Positions 1 through 16,000 are shown, numbered from the stretch's first letter. The stretch: DNA of 64,000 nucleotides from Trichoplax adhaerens (GCF_000150275.1 NW_002060944.1:3448152-3512151), one strand, 5' to 3'. A program made the numbers and translations. The notes: generated from the letters alone by a model not told the origin.

Positions 1-1324
1 AAACTAGTTAAGATTTCTAGTAGAATAGTTCTAATATACAGTCTTGAATATATATTTTTATTTGCAAATCCCCACCGGAGCTAATACGCGTATATTAGTA
101 CTGAACAAAGTGTTTATATAAAAGTTTGATAATTAATTGCTTATTAATTTATTGTAGCTTAAATACCTTCGTTACTGACTAGCTTATATGGTACAATATT
201 CGATTTTTGTGGCTTACAAATTAATCGTGCTGCACCATGCATTTGACAGCAGGCCCTCCGATGATCATGACTATTTCACCTCTTATGATTATCATGGGCA
301 TCGAACTTCCGCAAATATTCATTGGTCAGAAGCAATCACTTGTAGTAGAATGTATCGCCGGTGATACTTAGTATAAATATAGTGTTCTTATAACAATAAT
401 AATATTTAGTTCAATTCAATACTGTACTGGATATATGCATCAATTGAGGCTTAGATACACGGAGGTGTATTTACACCTGTTAGAGGTTTTTTAAATTAAA
501 AAAACCTAATAAAGGACCATTCGCCGTTAAATTATACAGTAAAAAATTGGACAATGGACATTACTGTATTTGTATTTTAGTAATTTCAGTACTGTTTGTA
601 GTTGTGGTGATTTCCCGGATGATTTTATTGTTTACTGACAGATAACAGGTTATCTTCGTCACTGCGTTTTATAGTCGGTTTTCGATGTTCGATGAAACGC
701 CTCGTTTATTCCATGTGAGCGTTTAACACACCGTACAGTATCTTGTCCAGTAGTAAAGTAAATATAAAGGAAAGAAATCAATTCTTTATTGGAGGCTCTA
801 CGTTAAAGCCTTTTAAAAAAGTATCTATTCTGTATTTACTGTACATGTGACATATTTATAGTCAGTTAATGCAGAAAGATAGATAGGGTTTGATGCAGAA
901 TTTTATGAAATTATATATTAGATAATGGATGTACTGTACTGTATATTACAAAAAGATGTGATTAATGAACTCTATTTACATTTGCAATAAAAATTTTGCT
1001 GAATAACCCTCATCAATCGAACCTTTTCGTATTTATCACGTGCTGTTTTATAAGTCAATACAGTAAGATAATTAATTATACAGAATTATACAGTACAATG
1101 GGTAATGAGGGAGCGAACTTTGTCATTAGTTGTGTTTTAAAGTTTTGGTTACTGTAGATAATAAATACGTATATTAAAGTGATTGGCTCACTACAGTAAC
1201 TATTTAATCTGGCACACCCATAAGTACTACGAGTGGCACCTCTCTCCGACGCAGTTCACTATTACGCAGTAATTTGTATTTTGAAAGCTTAACTATCTGT
1301 ATAAATTTTTTTATCCATATATAG

Positions 1325-2976
<1,652 letters not shown>

Positions 2977-5900
2977 GCTCGCGAGATGATGAGATGAAAG
3001 AAACCTGACAAATCTGTCCTTTGGACATGCAGATATTTTAGCATTGTCAATAATACTGTCCTGATGCAAACTTAGTAAACCTGTACTGGTGTTAATTTGG
3101 CAAATCATACAAATTCCTCAGTTGCTTAAATGTATTGTACTGTATGATTGTATTTATATTTTATACTTCACTGAAGTTTTATTAGTGTGGAATAAGATCA
3201 TATATTACCCATGTACCTGTATACATGGGCGGTTAGTTGACGTGAGTAATCTTGTCTACGTTCACAACCAATCTTCATAACTTGTTCAAAATAGCCTGGT
3301 AAGCTATTGTTACCATTGAGTCTTACAGTGGTAGTAGCTAGACTACACCTAGAAACTATTTGTATACCGATAAAAGAATATATAGACTACAGCTCTGTGA
3401 GCTTTAATTTAGCGTTAGCCACTTTATTAGAACGCTATTTAGTATAAGTTGCGATTTGATTTTGTACTGATTGATCGCTTTCTTGTTTATGAATGTATTG
3501 TATACATCATTCACAGTTATCGCCCAATGACATATGAATTACTTACCGGAATGCTAAATGCACAAGTTGTGTTATTTAATCATGATGTTAAGTTTCATGC
3601 CAGCAGGCTGGCGAAAGATCATCCGGATGTAGTAGATTCACTTAATGCTGTGTTATATCTTCCGAGTTAACACTATCAAGTAAAAGGCTTCAATGTACGT
3701 TTAAGATAAATTGCACTTCCATTTACAATAAGAATAAACTAACAGAACCTTTCATCCAGTCTTGTTGCTCTCTATTGTTAGTATTTAGTATCCTTAGTAC
3801 TGACGTTAGTGACAAAAGTTCAAATCGCGCATGGATGTTTGCGATGTTATCACATGTCCCCAAATTTGGGAATTTAACAATCGAATGCATGTTTTAGTGG
3901 GATACAACTTCGGAATGTACTTATTAATTAATCAGTGGTACTTTATGTTACACTGTTTATAGCGGATGTAATGCTTGTAATATAGCAGTGTAAAGCTACG
4001 TTGTCTACAATTACAGTTTGTAAAAACATTGACGTTTACAGCGTTAGAACGTTACGGAATAAGAAATGCCAAGATTGCATTGCACTTAATAAACTGTGAA
4101 TTAATATGCTAGGGTAACTTTGCGTAACTCAAGCTTATTCCCAAAAATGAAAGTTATGAACGTTATTTGTAATATAAGCGTTATTAGATTTTACGACAGA
4201 TTAGGGCAGTGATATGAGAAAGTAAGATTAGGTGGTGCTTTATGTTAGCCTAGTAAACTTGTTAGGAAGTCTGTGACAAGTCATAATTCCTAATATTCAT
4301 TTGTGGTTATAAAAAGGTTGCGATAAGCACGCATACTCTGCGTTTAATTTTTATTATGAGGATACAGTATTATTCTATAGTAGTACATTTGATTTAAATA
4401 TATAGTATACTGTAGAGAGAAACAATCTAGTTCTTGTACAATTTAATTCATAGTAACGTAAAAATGATTTAACTAAACAGTTTCTTGAATGTAACGTTAT
4501 TAACATTAGATTATAAAAGTTTTGATAAAACTTTAAAAACAATGATGGGCTATATTCACAATGCCAAGTGCTCTTCATTTGTTAGTATCATTACATATTT
4601 TCCATCACAATTGCTTGCAATATACAAAAATGAACTGCGCGATATAGTTAAACAGGTGAAACTTCATTTAATCTTATAAATAGTTTTCGATCTACGAACA
4701 TGATGACTGTTTAAACATTTGATTTTTATAGTAAGATTAGAAGAAATCTATATGCATGCACGCTATTTACAGTAATAGTAAATGCGTACGCATACCCTCT
4801 TTGCCTTCTGTTGTATTGAGTCGAACGCTTTACAAACAATTTTGCGACTTTAAGACAAGATTACTGAAATACATCATTGAGACCAAGATTTTCCAATTCA
4901 TAATATACTATCGTTGAGTCGCTTTCATATACAGCCAAAACAATTGATCTTTAGCACGCAATGAATAATGAAACACGATCAGTTAAAGCATAGGTTAATC
5001 GAATTTTTAACGATTATTATAAAGGCATTAATGATTTAGAACAACCATGGTACAACGTTATTGCTACAATATTTTTTTATATTACGTTTGTTCGCTGCAG
5101 TATTGTCAAATATTGACTAATTACGCTCGCACATTAAAATTATTACGACGAGGTACTTCAGCTTTGTGACTATGATACTATGATGCAAGCATCATATAAT
5201 AGTTTCCCCATAATTATGAATATTACTAGATAAAGTAAATTTAATTTAATACTGCTATCAATAAATCTACAATTACAGTATTATATATGATTGCTTCACA
5301 TTAAGGTTGAAGTAGTAATTAATAATAATTATCAACAAAGGACATATAAATATGATTATCGAAAGAGGTTTAATTAATTAAGGTACCGCTCTCAAGCGTC
5401 ATTATCGCTATCGCAAAGTCATATGTCTAACCTGTTGTCGGAAATTTGATCGATAGTCTCGAGTAATCTATTAATCAGATAAAGATTTCGAAATTCAATA
5501 AAATAATTTATAAGATAATAACGTATCATTGTAGTTTTATTATCTTTGTTGATAAAGTAACTTGATAAAAAATCTTGCGTTATAATCTTTGCTAAACCTT
5601 GTCATAGTTGTCTTCGATTGAGCGTTGACGGGTAGAACGACACTACTTTGATTCTAAGGCAATATTATCAATGGGTTGATTAGTTCATTGTACACAATAC
5701 CTTTGGAGTAAGCATTAATGACATAGGAAATTGGTTGTATAACAATTTACGCTATTACGAAACTGAATAAGTGATGAACACGATTTTGTTTGTGCTGATA
5801 TTCGTTGTGTTTATTTTACGTATATTAATAAATTGGCCGTTATATTCTAATTCGTGGATAGAACTTTTACGTTCCCTGCTATCTTTTCAAATTACGTAAA

Positions 5901-7482
5901 TACCTAGCAAATAATGTAGGTATATCTAATGCGATCTGAAAGAATATGTTTCTTCATTATTGAGTTTACAATTGTTACTTATTTCTAATTTCTGGTTCAA
6001 TATTACTATACTGTATGCTTTACTGATGCGTTTACTGTAAAACAGAACGCCAATATAAGCCTTAGATTATGTATTGTAAGAATCTTCATTATCACGTACA
6101 TGCTGCATCCAACTACAAACTCACCTTACGATCTGATTTTCCCGTTATGTATATAATCTCATGAAGTGGGAGTCCATGTATCGCTAGTTGAAACCAATTT
6201 TTGACTACGATATTAAAAAAGCCCAAAGTAAAAATGTACGTTGATTCAATATATAACTAAGCAACTGCACTATTGTGCGACATTATACTGCAAATCACAG
6301 TTGCATTATTGCATACATGTGCACCTTCATTTAAAAATATCAGTCTGCTTGGAATGAATAAACTGTAGTGCAATATTGACGCATGTACTGTATGCTGACT
6401 GAAATGTTTAATAACTCGTGTACTATTGAACAACAATAATTGTTACATTTTTGATACAAGCTATGAGTGCACTATTACCTTCACATAAATCTAAATAGAC
6501 TTGCAGGACAGCTTTCTGATATGTTGAATTGCCAATATTCCATCTTTTAATTTCCTCCGCCTGTACAGAATCCCAAGGTACATACTTTCAGAAATATGCA
6601 ATTCTTTGTAAATAGCGACTTATACCAGCATACTCGATTAAGAACTAATCTTCCTCAAGTACGGTATACGCGTGTATGAATCGTGGAGCATCTTAATTTA
6701 AAAAAAGTCTATGGCATGTAAAGGGTAAAACAGACATACTATAATATAGATACAGATAGTGGCCTAATCTGTCGGTGATGGTGTAGTCAATAACGTTCTT
6801 AAGATGCAAAATCTGCAGTATCTGCCGGTATATAATTCACGATGTAACTAATTGTGATACATCTATATACATATTCATGCACCATTAAAACGTAGTGCTA
6901 CCACTATATTAAGATGCCGCACTGTAACCTAACATGGTATCATATACTGTAGATTAAATACGCTTATGGGCTATTGCATGACGTATATAAGATATGTATT
7001 CAATACACAGCTGAGTTGTACGTAGATGTTTAACAACTAAGTTCGTCCAATTATTTTCTGAGTTTCTCAAGTTGGAAGTGGTCGGCATTTTGTGTACATA
7101 GACATCAGATAGTATAGACATTTAGAGAAGATTTATCTTGCGAAGGTGCAGATGCAGGATATCGTAGGTCAATTTTTAGCAATAAACATACTCGCATACG
7201 AGCATAGTGCCATCTTTACTACTAATGGGCTTTTTACCTGATACTGTAGTTAATTTTAAGATCAAGTCAACTGTAAATAACGGCTACTAATGTACTGTAC
7301 TTGGAATTGATTTACAACGCCCTCATTACATGAGAAGTGTGTCCGGTACGTTAACCTATATCGTTCATTTATTCTTTCGTTATTATTATTATTATTAGTG
7401 TAAGACCACGAATAAAGTTCGTGATTGGAATTTGAAGCTATTCGGAGTAAAGTATTGCATAGTGTACGTATAGGAAGTAGAT

Positions 7483-7890
7483 TAGAAGTGCAAGTCATGT
7501 ACCTTAACTCGTTTTTATTATCTGATATCTGATATTGACAGTTTTTTTACTCCTGCACAAATTACTGTAATTACTGTACTGTATATTTTTTTTCAGTATT
7601 GTTACCTGTAGTACAGTACAGTACTATACTATGATATAAACGATTTTAAAAGTGTGGTCTAGAGCTACTTTACCATACATAAATAGAAAGTATAGAAAGT
7701 ACATTAGAATTATAAGTCATGTATCTTAACTAGTTTTTAGTATCTGATATCTGATATTGATAGTTTTTTACTCCTGCACAAGTTACTGTATATTTTTTTT
7801 CAGTATTGTAACCTACAATACAGAACAGTACTATACTATGATGTAACCGATTTTAAAGTGTGATCTTGAGCTACTTTACCATACATAAAT
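7483..7890. repeat. Direct tandem duplication, 2 copies, ~222 bp period
   Basis: The block AAGTCATGTA..TTATCTGATATCTGATATTGA..TTACTCCTGCACAA..GAGCTACTTTACCATACATAAAT starts at 7492 and again at 7714. Confidence 0.9.
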
Positions 7891-9023
7891 CATCGTTTAG
7901 TATTTGATCATAGGTAAACCAAAAACGGATACTGTAATTTTGATTTTATTAGCATAAGGATTTGTATCTACGAGTCTACGCATAGTACTTGATTCATTAA
8001 TTAGAGATGAAAGAAATTCTTAGCTGGATCGTAACCCATGTTGCAATATTGTATCGTACTGTTGCATTCCACTAATCATGTACATATCCCAATTTTTGGC
8101 CAATGACTAACCTTTGGGTGATTATCTAGCCAAGTGTATCTATCTAGAATGGATTTCCTGGGGATATTTGGAGGTTCCATTCAGGAAATCATTTAGTTTG
8201 GATTGGATTCATGAATCAGACCTAAACCCTGTGAGCGAACAGCTTACAGTACAGTAGATACTCGATTCGGACGGTCGGACATTTTGACCTGATACGGCCA
8301 AATTCTATACTAGCTATATACTGTTTGAAACACTTGTATTTGTCATAATGCCATTAAGCAGATGGTTGATTTTGTCATGTGTTAATTTTTCTAAATGGAA
8401 TAATATTACATTGAATTCTGTTCTATTTTACCAAGTTCTACACGACAACAGTTCTATAACATCATCCATGTTCTTGAATTAGAGACGTGGTTAAGAAAAA
8501 GAGACACAGAAGATTGATACTGCAAGTAAAATAATTTTCGATATTTTCGTCCTCATTTGGTCTTGGTTTCTTGTCTGTCCGAAGAATGTGCTATCAGGAA
8601 ACTTCCAAGGTTCTGTCCAATGTCCATCCATACAACATAGTGATCGTACCATTAAATTACTGCTTACTGCTGAGTCTGACTATGGTGCTGTCGACATTTA
8701 TTCGCTATTGTACGTCGAACAGTATTTGTCTTAGATGCATACTGTAAGCTACAAGATGGACTATAGTACTGTACTGTATATTCCATGGCAATGGCAGGAC
8801 TGTACTATGGTGGTCTACTTCTTGTCAGGGATTGCTGTACACTGTGTACAGTCTATACATCCATACGATGGACTACCAGAAGAATACCTGGCACTAGCCC
8901 TAAGCATTTTGCATAAATTACTTTCGAATGTATCAGTGGGACAGCTTAAACGAAGTGTACAAACTACAAAGTAATTTATGCAACTCCACTGCAGCGTCCA
9001 TTGCACATACCAACCATTCTTGC

Positions 9024-9270
9024 GTACAGTACAGTACAGTACAGTATTCATGGTAGAGTACAGTACATAGTACTACACTCCGCACAATCTACTGTACTGT
9101 ACTGTACTTTATGACGTGCGGTCGCCCGCCATTTTACCGTACAGTACTGGAGCTGTACTGGTGCTGTACTGGTGCTGTACTGGTGCTGTACTGGCACTAG
9201 ACTGGCACTAGACTGGCACTGGTCTGGCACTGTACAGAACCGCACGGTACGGTACGGTACGATACGATAC
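9024..9270. repeat. Compound micro/minisatellite: (GTACA)n, (TACTG)n, (CTGGTGCTGTA)n, (CTGGCACTAGA)n, (ACGGT)n, (ACGAT)n
   Basis: Directly visible 5-mer and 11-mer tandem units that grade into one another. Confidence 0.9.
9111..9135 (+). promoter_or_regulatory. Putative core promoter elements of the PRRC2 gene: CRE-like ATGACGTG plus YY1-like CGCCATTTT
   Basis: The motifs sit in a locally GC/CpG-rich patch. Downstream are a strong donor (TTG|GTAAGT, 9511) and an acceptor (TCTTTCTTTAG, 9906) that define a 5'UTR intron before ATG 10041. A second CGCCATTTT lies near 10480. Confidence 0.45.
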
Positions 9271-10023
9271 GCAAATCCATACACCAGCCTGGGACGGTAG
9301 CCGGCTGAGGCACTTGACAGTTCAATCGCATAACAGCTCAACTTCACCGTGCACAATAGGCTCCAAATTGGCCAGAGCCACATTCAGTTGTTTTGGAAGT
9401 GAAAAGAATCGCATTTGAATCGTTGGCCATCGAAGCCCTATTTGACTTGTTTTTGTCCATTTTTTTCGTATTTACTACGATATAAGTTCTACCCAAGCGA
9501 ACGCGCCTTGGTAAGTACTTGAATAATGTCTTTGAAATGTAAAAATGATCAACGATCGATGATGACCCAATGTCGTTATTGTTGTACTCCCTTGCTGACA
9601 AAGCAAAAATTGTGCATGATTGTATTGTATTCCTGTTGACTAAGGTGTATTCAATGGTAGTGGATGTACTATACTGTAGCCAATAGGCATCATCCAGGTG
9701 ATGATTGCGTATGCGAAGCAAGACTTGCTCTACTAGCTTATGGTTGACAACGACCTTGCCAGACTGTACTAATAGTATAGTCAAAGGGCCGTTGCATGAT
9801 TTTGCAATGACTCATAATTTGATACTCCCTTGTACTATGACGAAGCAGTGAATGATCCAATATTGTACAGTGTAATTTTATTGCCTGATATCTTGTCTTT
9901 CTTTAGACATTACTTTGGAGGCATATTCAAGTTGAAGAAGGTTCATTAATCAATCTATTCTTGTCTTGGACTCTTTTTCTTCCATAATATAGCACGTTCT
10001 ACGGGCTTTCAAGTGCTGTCTTG

Positions 10024-10098
10024 ATGACACAAGCTGCAGTATGTCAGATCAGCTTTCGTCACTTAAAACTAGATCGAGTTCACAGAAGAAGAATTTAG
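10024..10098 (+). promoter_or_regulatory. Out-of-frame upstream ORF (24 aa, [24 protein letters not shown]) overlapping the PRRC2 start codon
   Basis: ATG at 10024 is in a weak context (ttgATGa), 17 nt before the main ATG at 10041 (agtATGt). TAG is at 10096-10098. All of it lies in the predicted exon 9907-10155. Confidence 0.55.
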
Positions 10099-13000
10099 GT
10101 CGTAGTGCGAACTCAACTCAAAATATCACCAAGAGGAAGGCAGATAATAAATCAGGTAAGAGAAAAAAAATCTCTCAATCTTGTTCTACAATACAACTTA
10201 ACAAGCCAAATGGAAATGATCCATTTGGTCTTTCTTCTCACTCAAACTAGCGTTCTTCTCTATGTTGAGTGACTAAAAAACGGACTTGATAGTGTCTTGA
10301 CAGTACCCTAGGCTACATCTCGATACACTTGACTACAACGAAAGGCTGTGACAACGATTATAACTATACTACTACTGTGTTCCACTTAGCAAAGACAGTG
10401 TTTTATAGAGCACAGCGTAGAAGGATCATCAAATCATTTTGAATCAGCACTTTTTAGTAGTCCACCAAGGTAAATTTTGTCGCCATTTTTTATTCCTAAA
10501 CAAGGATAAGAAGAAAAAAAGAATTGGCTAGTGTCTTATCTCCCCCCTCGCTAGTCTTTTCTATCATAAACTGCGGTAGTATTAGCATGGTGTGTGTGCG
10601 TACATTTTTTTACCCCTTGTCTTGACGAGTCTTGACCGTGCTTGCTAGCATTGTCTCGGGCCGTTTCTTGACCTTGTATTCCCCCCCCTCTATACGTACT
10701 AGAGAAATTGCATTTTTTTTTTCAATTATGTATAAATTATATCTTTGGATATGAACATAGCACAATATCATTCACTCTCATACATGGACGCTTGTCCTCG
10801 ACACGATATAGACTGGACGTAAGTCATCTCGTAGGATGTCGTTATCGTTTTGAAGAGGAATGGAGAGGATTTGTGCGAAGAAAGTGATCCTTAGTTTACG
10901 TGTAGCGATGTTACGCGATAAAATACAGTAAACACTGCAGTGAATTTTCTCCATTAATTTTCATGCCTACTCTGTATGTAGAAACGATCGTGTAGAATTC
11001 ATCAATTTAGGACAGTAAAATATGAAGGATAACGGTGCCAATGGAGCGCTACAGCACATAGCGATGAAATGACTTGGGCATCAATCCCGTTTTCAACCAG
11101 AGAAATCGGGAGGAAAACGCGATCACCAATTCTATACTAGCTTCTCGTCATCTTAGAGGAAAACAAGACAAATATTATAATGTCTCTCTACATAGAGTCA
11201 ATAGCTTCAAAATGATCTGAACAAGAATGAATCGTAACCTTAGTTAGTCCTACTTTGTTCATCATCAATGTACAATATCCATGATACTGACTACTAAACG
11301 AGTATCTTTCAAGTCAATCAATAAAGAGCCTTTATCTTCCAATGCCCTTTCTTAATTTGATCCTGTCCTCTAGATTGTACTCATAACGATCTATAATATA
11401 ATCGCCCATGGGATGCTTGTAGTAGTGCTAATGACCTATTTTGTTGCCCTCAAAATGTTCAAAAAGGCTTTTTCAAATACTATAAAATACTAGCAGATTT
11501 CTCATATAATACTTTTTACAAGTTCTGGTAGCAGAAGTGGATACAAACAACTACTACTTGTAATACATACGTATAGCCTCTTGATGTAATCTATGAACTT
11601 AATAAGTGTTCGATCAAAATTCTTTTACGTTACCTGTCTTTAATTAAATCCAATGGACTGTTGGGGCTGACTTTTTCTTGAATATAAACCCGATTATAAC
11701 GGCGTGAAGTTACTGTACACAAGAGTTTTTGAGTTTCTCTTAACGATTATAATACTGTACCATATCAACAGCATACCCACTTCAAGATTCTACAGCTCAC
11801 AGAAACTGCCAACAAGTACAGTGCCGTGTCGTAAATTATTTACAGCAAGTTTATCATCTTCCGCAAAATACATTCCATGTCGTTTAATTAATTATCAATC
11901 ATCACATTTGGATTTCTTGTTGTGTTAAGTATGCTTGACGTGGGAAAAGAATGGACGTTGAAACGTTTTCAATCGATATTTCTAACCCTTACATATTTTA
12001 CTCTTACTATCATCCTGAAGTCATCACTTTAGTACCTACGCTGCTTCGTTATGCAAATATTCCAGTTGTAACTACTTCAGGATCTAGTCGTAATGTACAG
12101 TAGTGTGATAAGTGTATAATAATGTTCTCTAATTTTTAGACACTTTTAATAAATGAACACATGTACAGTATGTTATGGAAAAGACAAATGATGATGCGAA
12201 GATGATCGTAAATTCTAACCTAAACTATCGATTACTAGCTAGATTACACTCTTTGTGACTTTGCACACTTACTACATACAGTCTGTATACAGTACATCAG
12301 TGTCGTTGTAGTTCTCTTAGTAATTTAATGGAATGAATTATTCAGGTATTGGGTAATTTAGTCGATAGTATAGATGCTTTTAAGTTTAGTTCTTATCGAC
12401 ATCTTTAATCATGTTGTGATATCTAATCAATTTTAATCATTGCACTAAGGATTGTTGTAACCTATATACGCGTACTAGTACTGTAGGTTGATACTCTTTT
12501 GAAGTGAACTTTAAGTCGCTTAAAAAAAGATGTTATTTATTTATGCTTTAACGTTAAATCATTCGAGATATACCGGTCTTGATTACAATCTATTGATGAT
12601 GCTTTAAATTTTATCGTAGAGCTCAATACAATGAACGAATTGAAACACTTAATACTGTAAAATATATTATTTCAATCAATTGCTGAGTTGGGTTAGCAAG
12701 TTAATGCACTAGCTATCGTTAGGTAGTGCATTAACTGTAAATTAAGTAAATAACCATATTGTCGTCACCATGTAATGACATCAAGACGCGCATAGCTCCA
12801 TTATGCCAATTTTATTTTCTATGTAGTACTTCCGCATTATTAATAGCTAGAGATAGTTATAGTTTTAGTGGTGAATTTATAGTTATAGCTACTGTAGACT
12901 TGAAGTCGCGACATTCCATGTAATATATTAATTGTGATTAAAGTAAATCTGGACAATATACCTCTCTAATTAATAAAATAATTACTTATTAATGCAGATT

Positions 13001-16000
13001 TACTCGTGCACTTATATTCTTGGATAACAATCTTCTATTCTACAGCTTAACTTGACCTAGGAGTTACAATATCTACTACCTTCAACATTATGCGAGCGAA
13101 CTCGTATATTGCTTTTAACTCATTCTTATATTACGGGTAGAATGATATGCTACTCTATCCCCATTGATCACCTTAAATTACCATTTTAATCACTCTATGA
13201 TTTCATTATTTCGCTGTTTTGGCAGCCTATTTTAGTTGATATATATATATATATATTATGTGATTGACATGATATAGCAGTATTGCCTGGTTAAAAATTA
13301 TTCTCCTCGGTACTGCGTAGAATCTGAAAGATATACTAGATTGGAAACATAGCTTGCTTGTCATTAACTCTAATGTAACACTCGAAATATAAAATTGAAA
13401 CAATCTCACTTTGCGGTACAGTACTTTACAGGCTATCATACAAGAAACTTCAGTTGATTTATATGGTAAATTAAAATGTTATCTCTTGTTTAATTCTTAA
13501 TTTTGCATTAATTAAGAATTAAATTGTTCATTTTAAAACAATTATAACTTACAAACATAGTAAAGGTTGCTAACGCAGTCTCATATGAGATATTTGTGAA
13601 ACCTTGACCCATAAAACGAAATGCAGTAGTATTAAATATGTACGTATCATATTAAAATAAAAAGGTCATAGTGAACTTAAAATACTAAATGTACTGCTAT
13701 TCTATACGTTCGAATCAATGAATTAACAATTTGAGACCAATATAGCGATTATTCGGACTTATTACTTATAATTATCTCAATGTTAATGAGTATTCTTTGG
13801 GAATACTATCCATCAGCAATCGAATTTTTGCACTAAACATATTAGCCTGTATGATCGATCGTAATACGTATATATCGTATAATAATTAAAATTGTTAGTA
13901 TATCTATTAACCTGCAATGACCTACAACGATTTACAATTTTAGCGTTTTGATTGACCCTGCGGAATTTTCTTTTCACATTGTTTGACATTAGTTTTTTTA
14001 CAATTGGACGTCATCCTTTTTAGATATTCAAGTGCAAACTTGTAAGAGCGTATTGTTGCTACTTTCCCATAATCTTAGTTATACCAGGACTTGAATAAGT
14101 AAAAGTTTCTTTCTAAAGTCTCTGGTTAAGCGATGATATCAATACAAATGTTTTTAAATAATACTGTATTGTATAATAATATGTCTTTCTACTGATTAAT
14201 ATGAAATATAGCAACGTAATATTTCAATATTAACTTGAAATACTTTCCTGATATGAATATTCTTGCAGGTACTGGACTTCGTTCTGCTGCTGGCGCGAAG
14301 AATGTTCGACGTGTACCAGCGCCTGCTTCATTACCCAGTTTAAAAAGTGAAAATTTGGGAAATGATCCTTCTGTAAGCATCGTACCTTCTGGTGGCTTAG
14401 GATGGGGAAATGTAGAAAAAAACGATCAAAGTAGTAATAATACACCAGCCACGACAACTACTCGAGTGTCCCCAGCTGTAAGCCAGTCAGAATCTACTAC
14501 CTCTGGTGCAACGCAACGAAGCCAAGAAGTAGATCAAAATGAATCAACCGCTAATCAAACTGTGTGGAGTGGCAGTACTGTCGTTGCAGAAGCAAAAGTA
14601 GCACAATGTAAGCCATAATTGATTATACGTGGGAAATATTACATTCGTAATCCTGTTAATCCAAACAAGTATAATCGATTGATTGTAGTAGACCGAAATA
14701 ATGCAATGAGCATAATAATATTGCATATTAGCAACAGGGTCCGTATCTATTTTACCTACTTAGTATCTTTACAGTGCATTCTTGTTATTATGCAGTAGGT
14801 TAAAATTTTTTCCTTGAATTCAGTAATAAACATTGTAATTCTCATTATTACCTTATTACGATTACGATATATTACCACCGCATACTAATTTAACCATAGA
14901 TTATACGTATCGCTCCTAATAGTCAATATTATACTAGTTCGACATATTTATACCCTATGGCGAAATAATTAGAAGTTTTATTTATTGATATAGCAAATCG
15001 ACCACTATCCCAGCGTGAGTTCCCAGCTTTAGGCGATCCTGTTGAAGCTAGTGAAGAAGAACCGGATGTAAAAAATACCTACGGGCAAGAGCAAAATCAC
15101 CCTCAAGGTACTTTATTATCGTATAGTGTCAATGTACAGTGTTGGAATGTTGATAATTATAAATTGCTGTATCTTTGTTAATACATTTATACATTATTCT
15201 AATTTAATCTAGGTACTTTTATTCCTGAAATGCCGTATAATATTGGAATGCCCAATCGTGGAATGATGTACCCACCTGGTGCTTACTTTCAACCAAATGT
15301 ATGCTTAGAGTTTCTAGTATAGCTATGTTTTTCACACCTTATCTGGGGTACTTTATAATATATAACACGACATATTTATATATTTTATTATTATAATGTG
15401 ATCTAGTTTAACGCGGGAATAGGTAATGATCCTAGATATTATGCACCTAATGAAGGTTTTCATGATGCCGAGAAGTAAGTTTAGACCCAAATTTACTCTT
15501 AAATAATTAGCACTGTCATGTTATATCAATGATACAAATCTATTGACACTTTATAAGCTGACTTCGCAATTGTCTATACATCAATAGTCGGAAAATGTTT
15601 AATCAAAGCAGTAATAATCCTACCAACAAATATCAGTCTCAAGCCGTAAAGAATAACAACGTAATTGAAGATGATACAAGCGATGAAGGTTGGGCAGGTC
15701 AACAGGAGGAGATGGATTTTACGGATCGATTATGCTTCGATACAGATGATACTGAAGATGATGAAGAATCAAATTCAGATTCATCACATAAATCTAGTGT
15801 AAATAAATGTAGCGATGAACAAAATATTGCAATACGTGATGAATCGCATAATATAAGTATTGAAAAGCCTAAAGATAATGTTCAAGTTGTTGATACAACA
15901 ACACGCGAGGTTAGCTATATATATGTATATATACAACGTGCTAAACTATAAATTTTGCTACCATTTTTTTTACTCACTTTTTACATCATGTATCGTTTTA

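Noticed and set aside
642-715. Possible upstream FAM102 exon (ITGYLRHCVL resembles TGLLDPCVF)
   Set aside because: An in-frame TAG follows immediately with no good donor before it, so the resemblance is probably chance.
8735-9784. ORFs 8735-8974(+), 8815-9051(-), 9048-9383(-), 9344-9784(-)
   Set aside because: They are largely translations of TACAG/CTGTA satellite and promoter/UTR sequence, with no recognisable domain.
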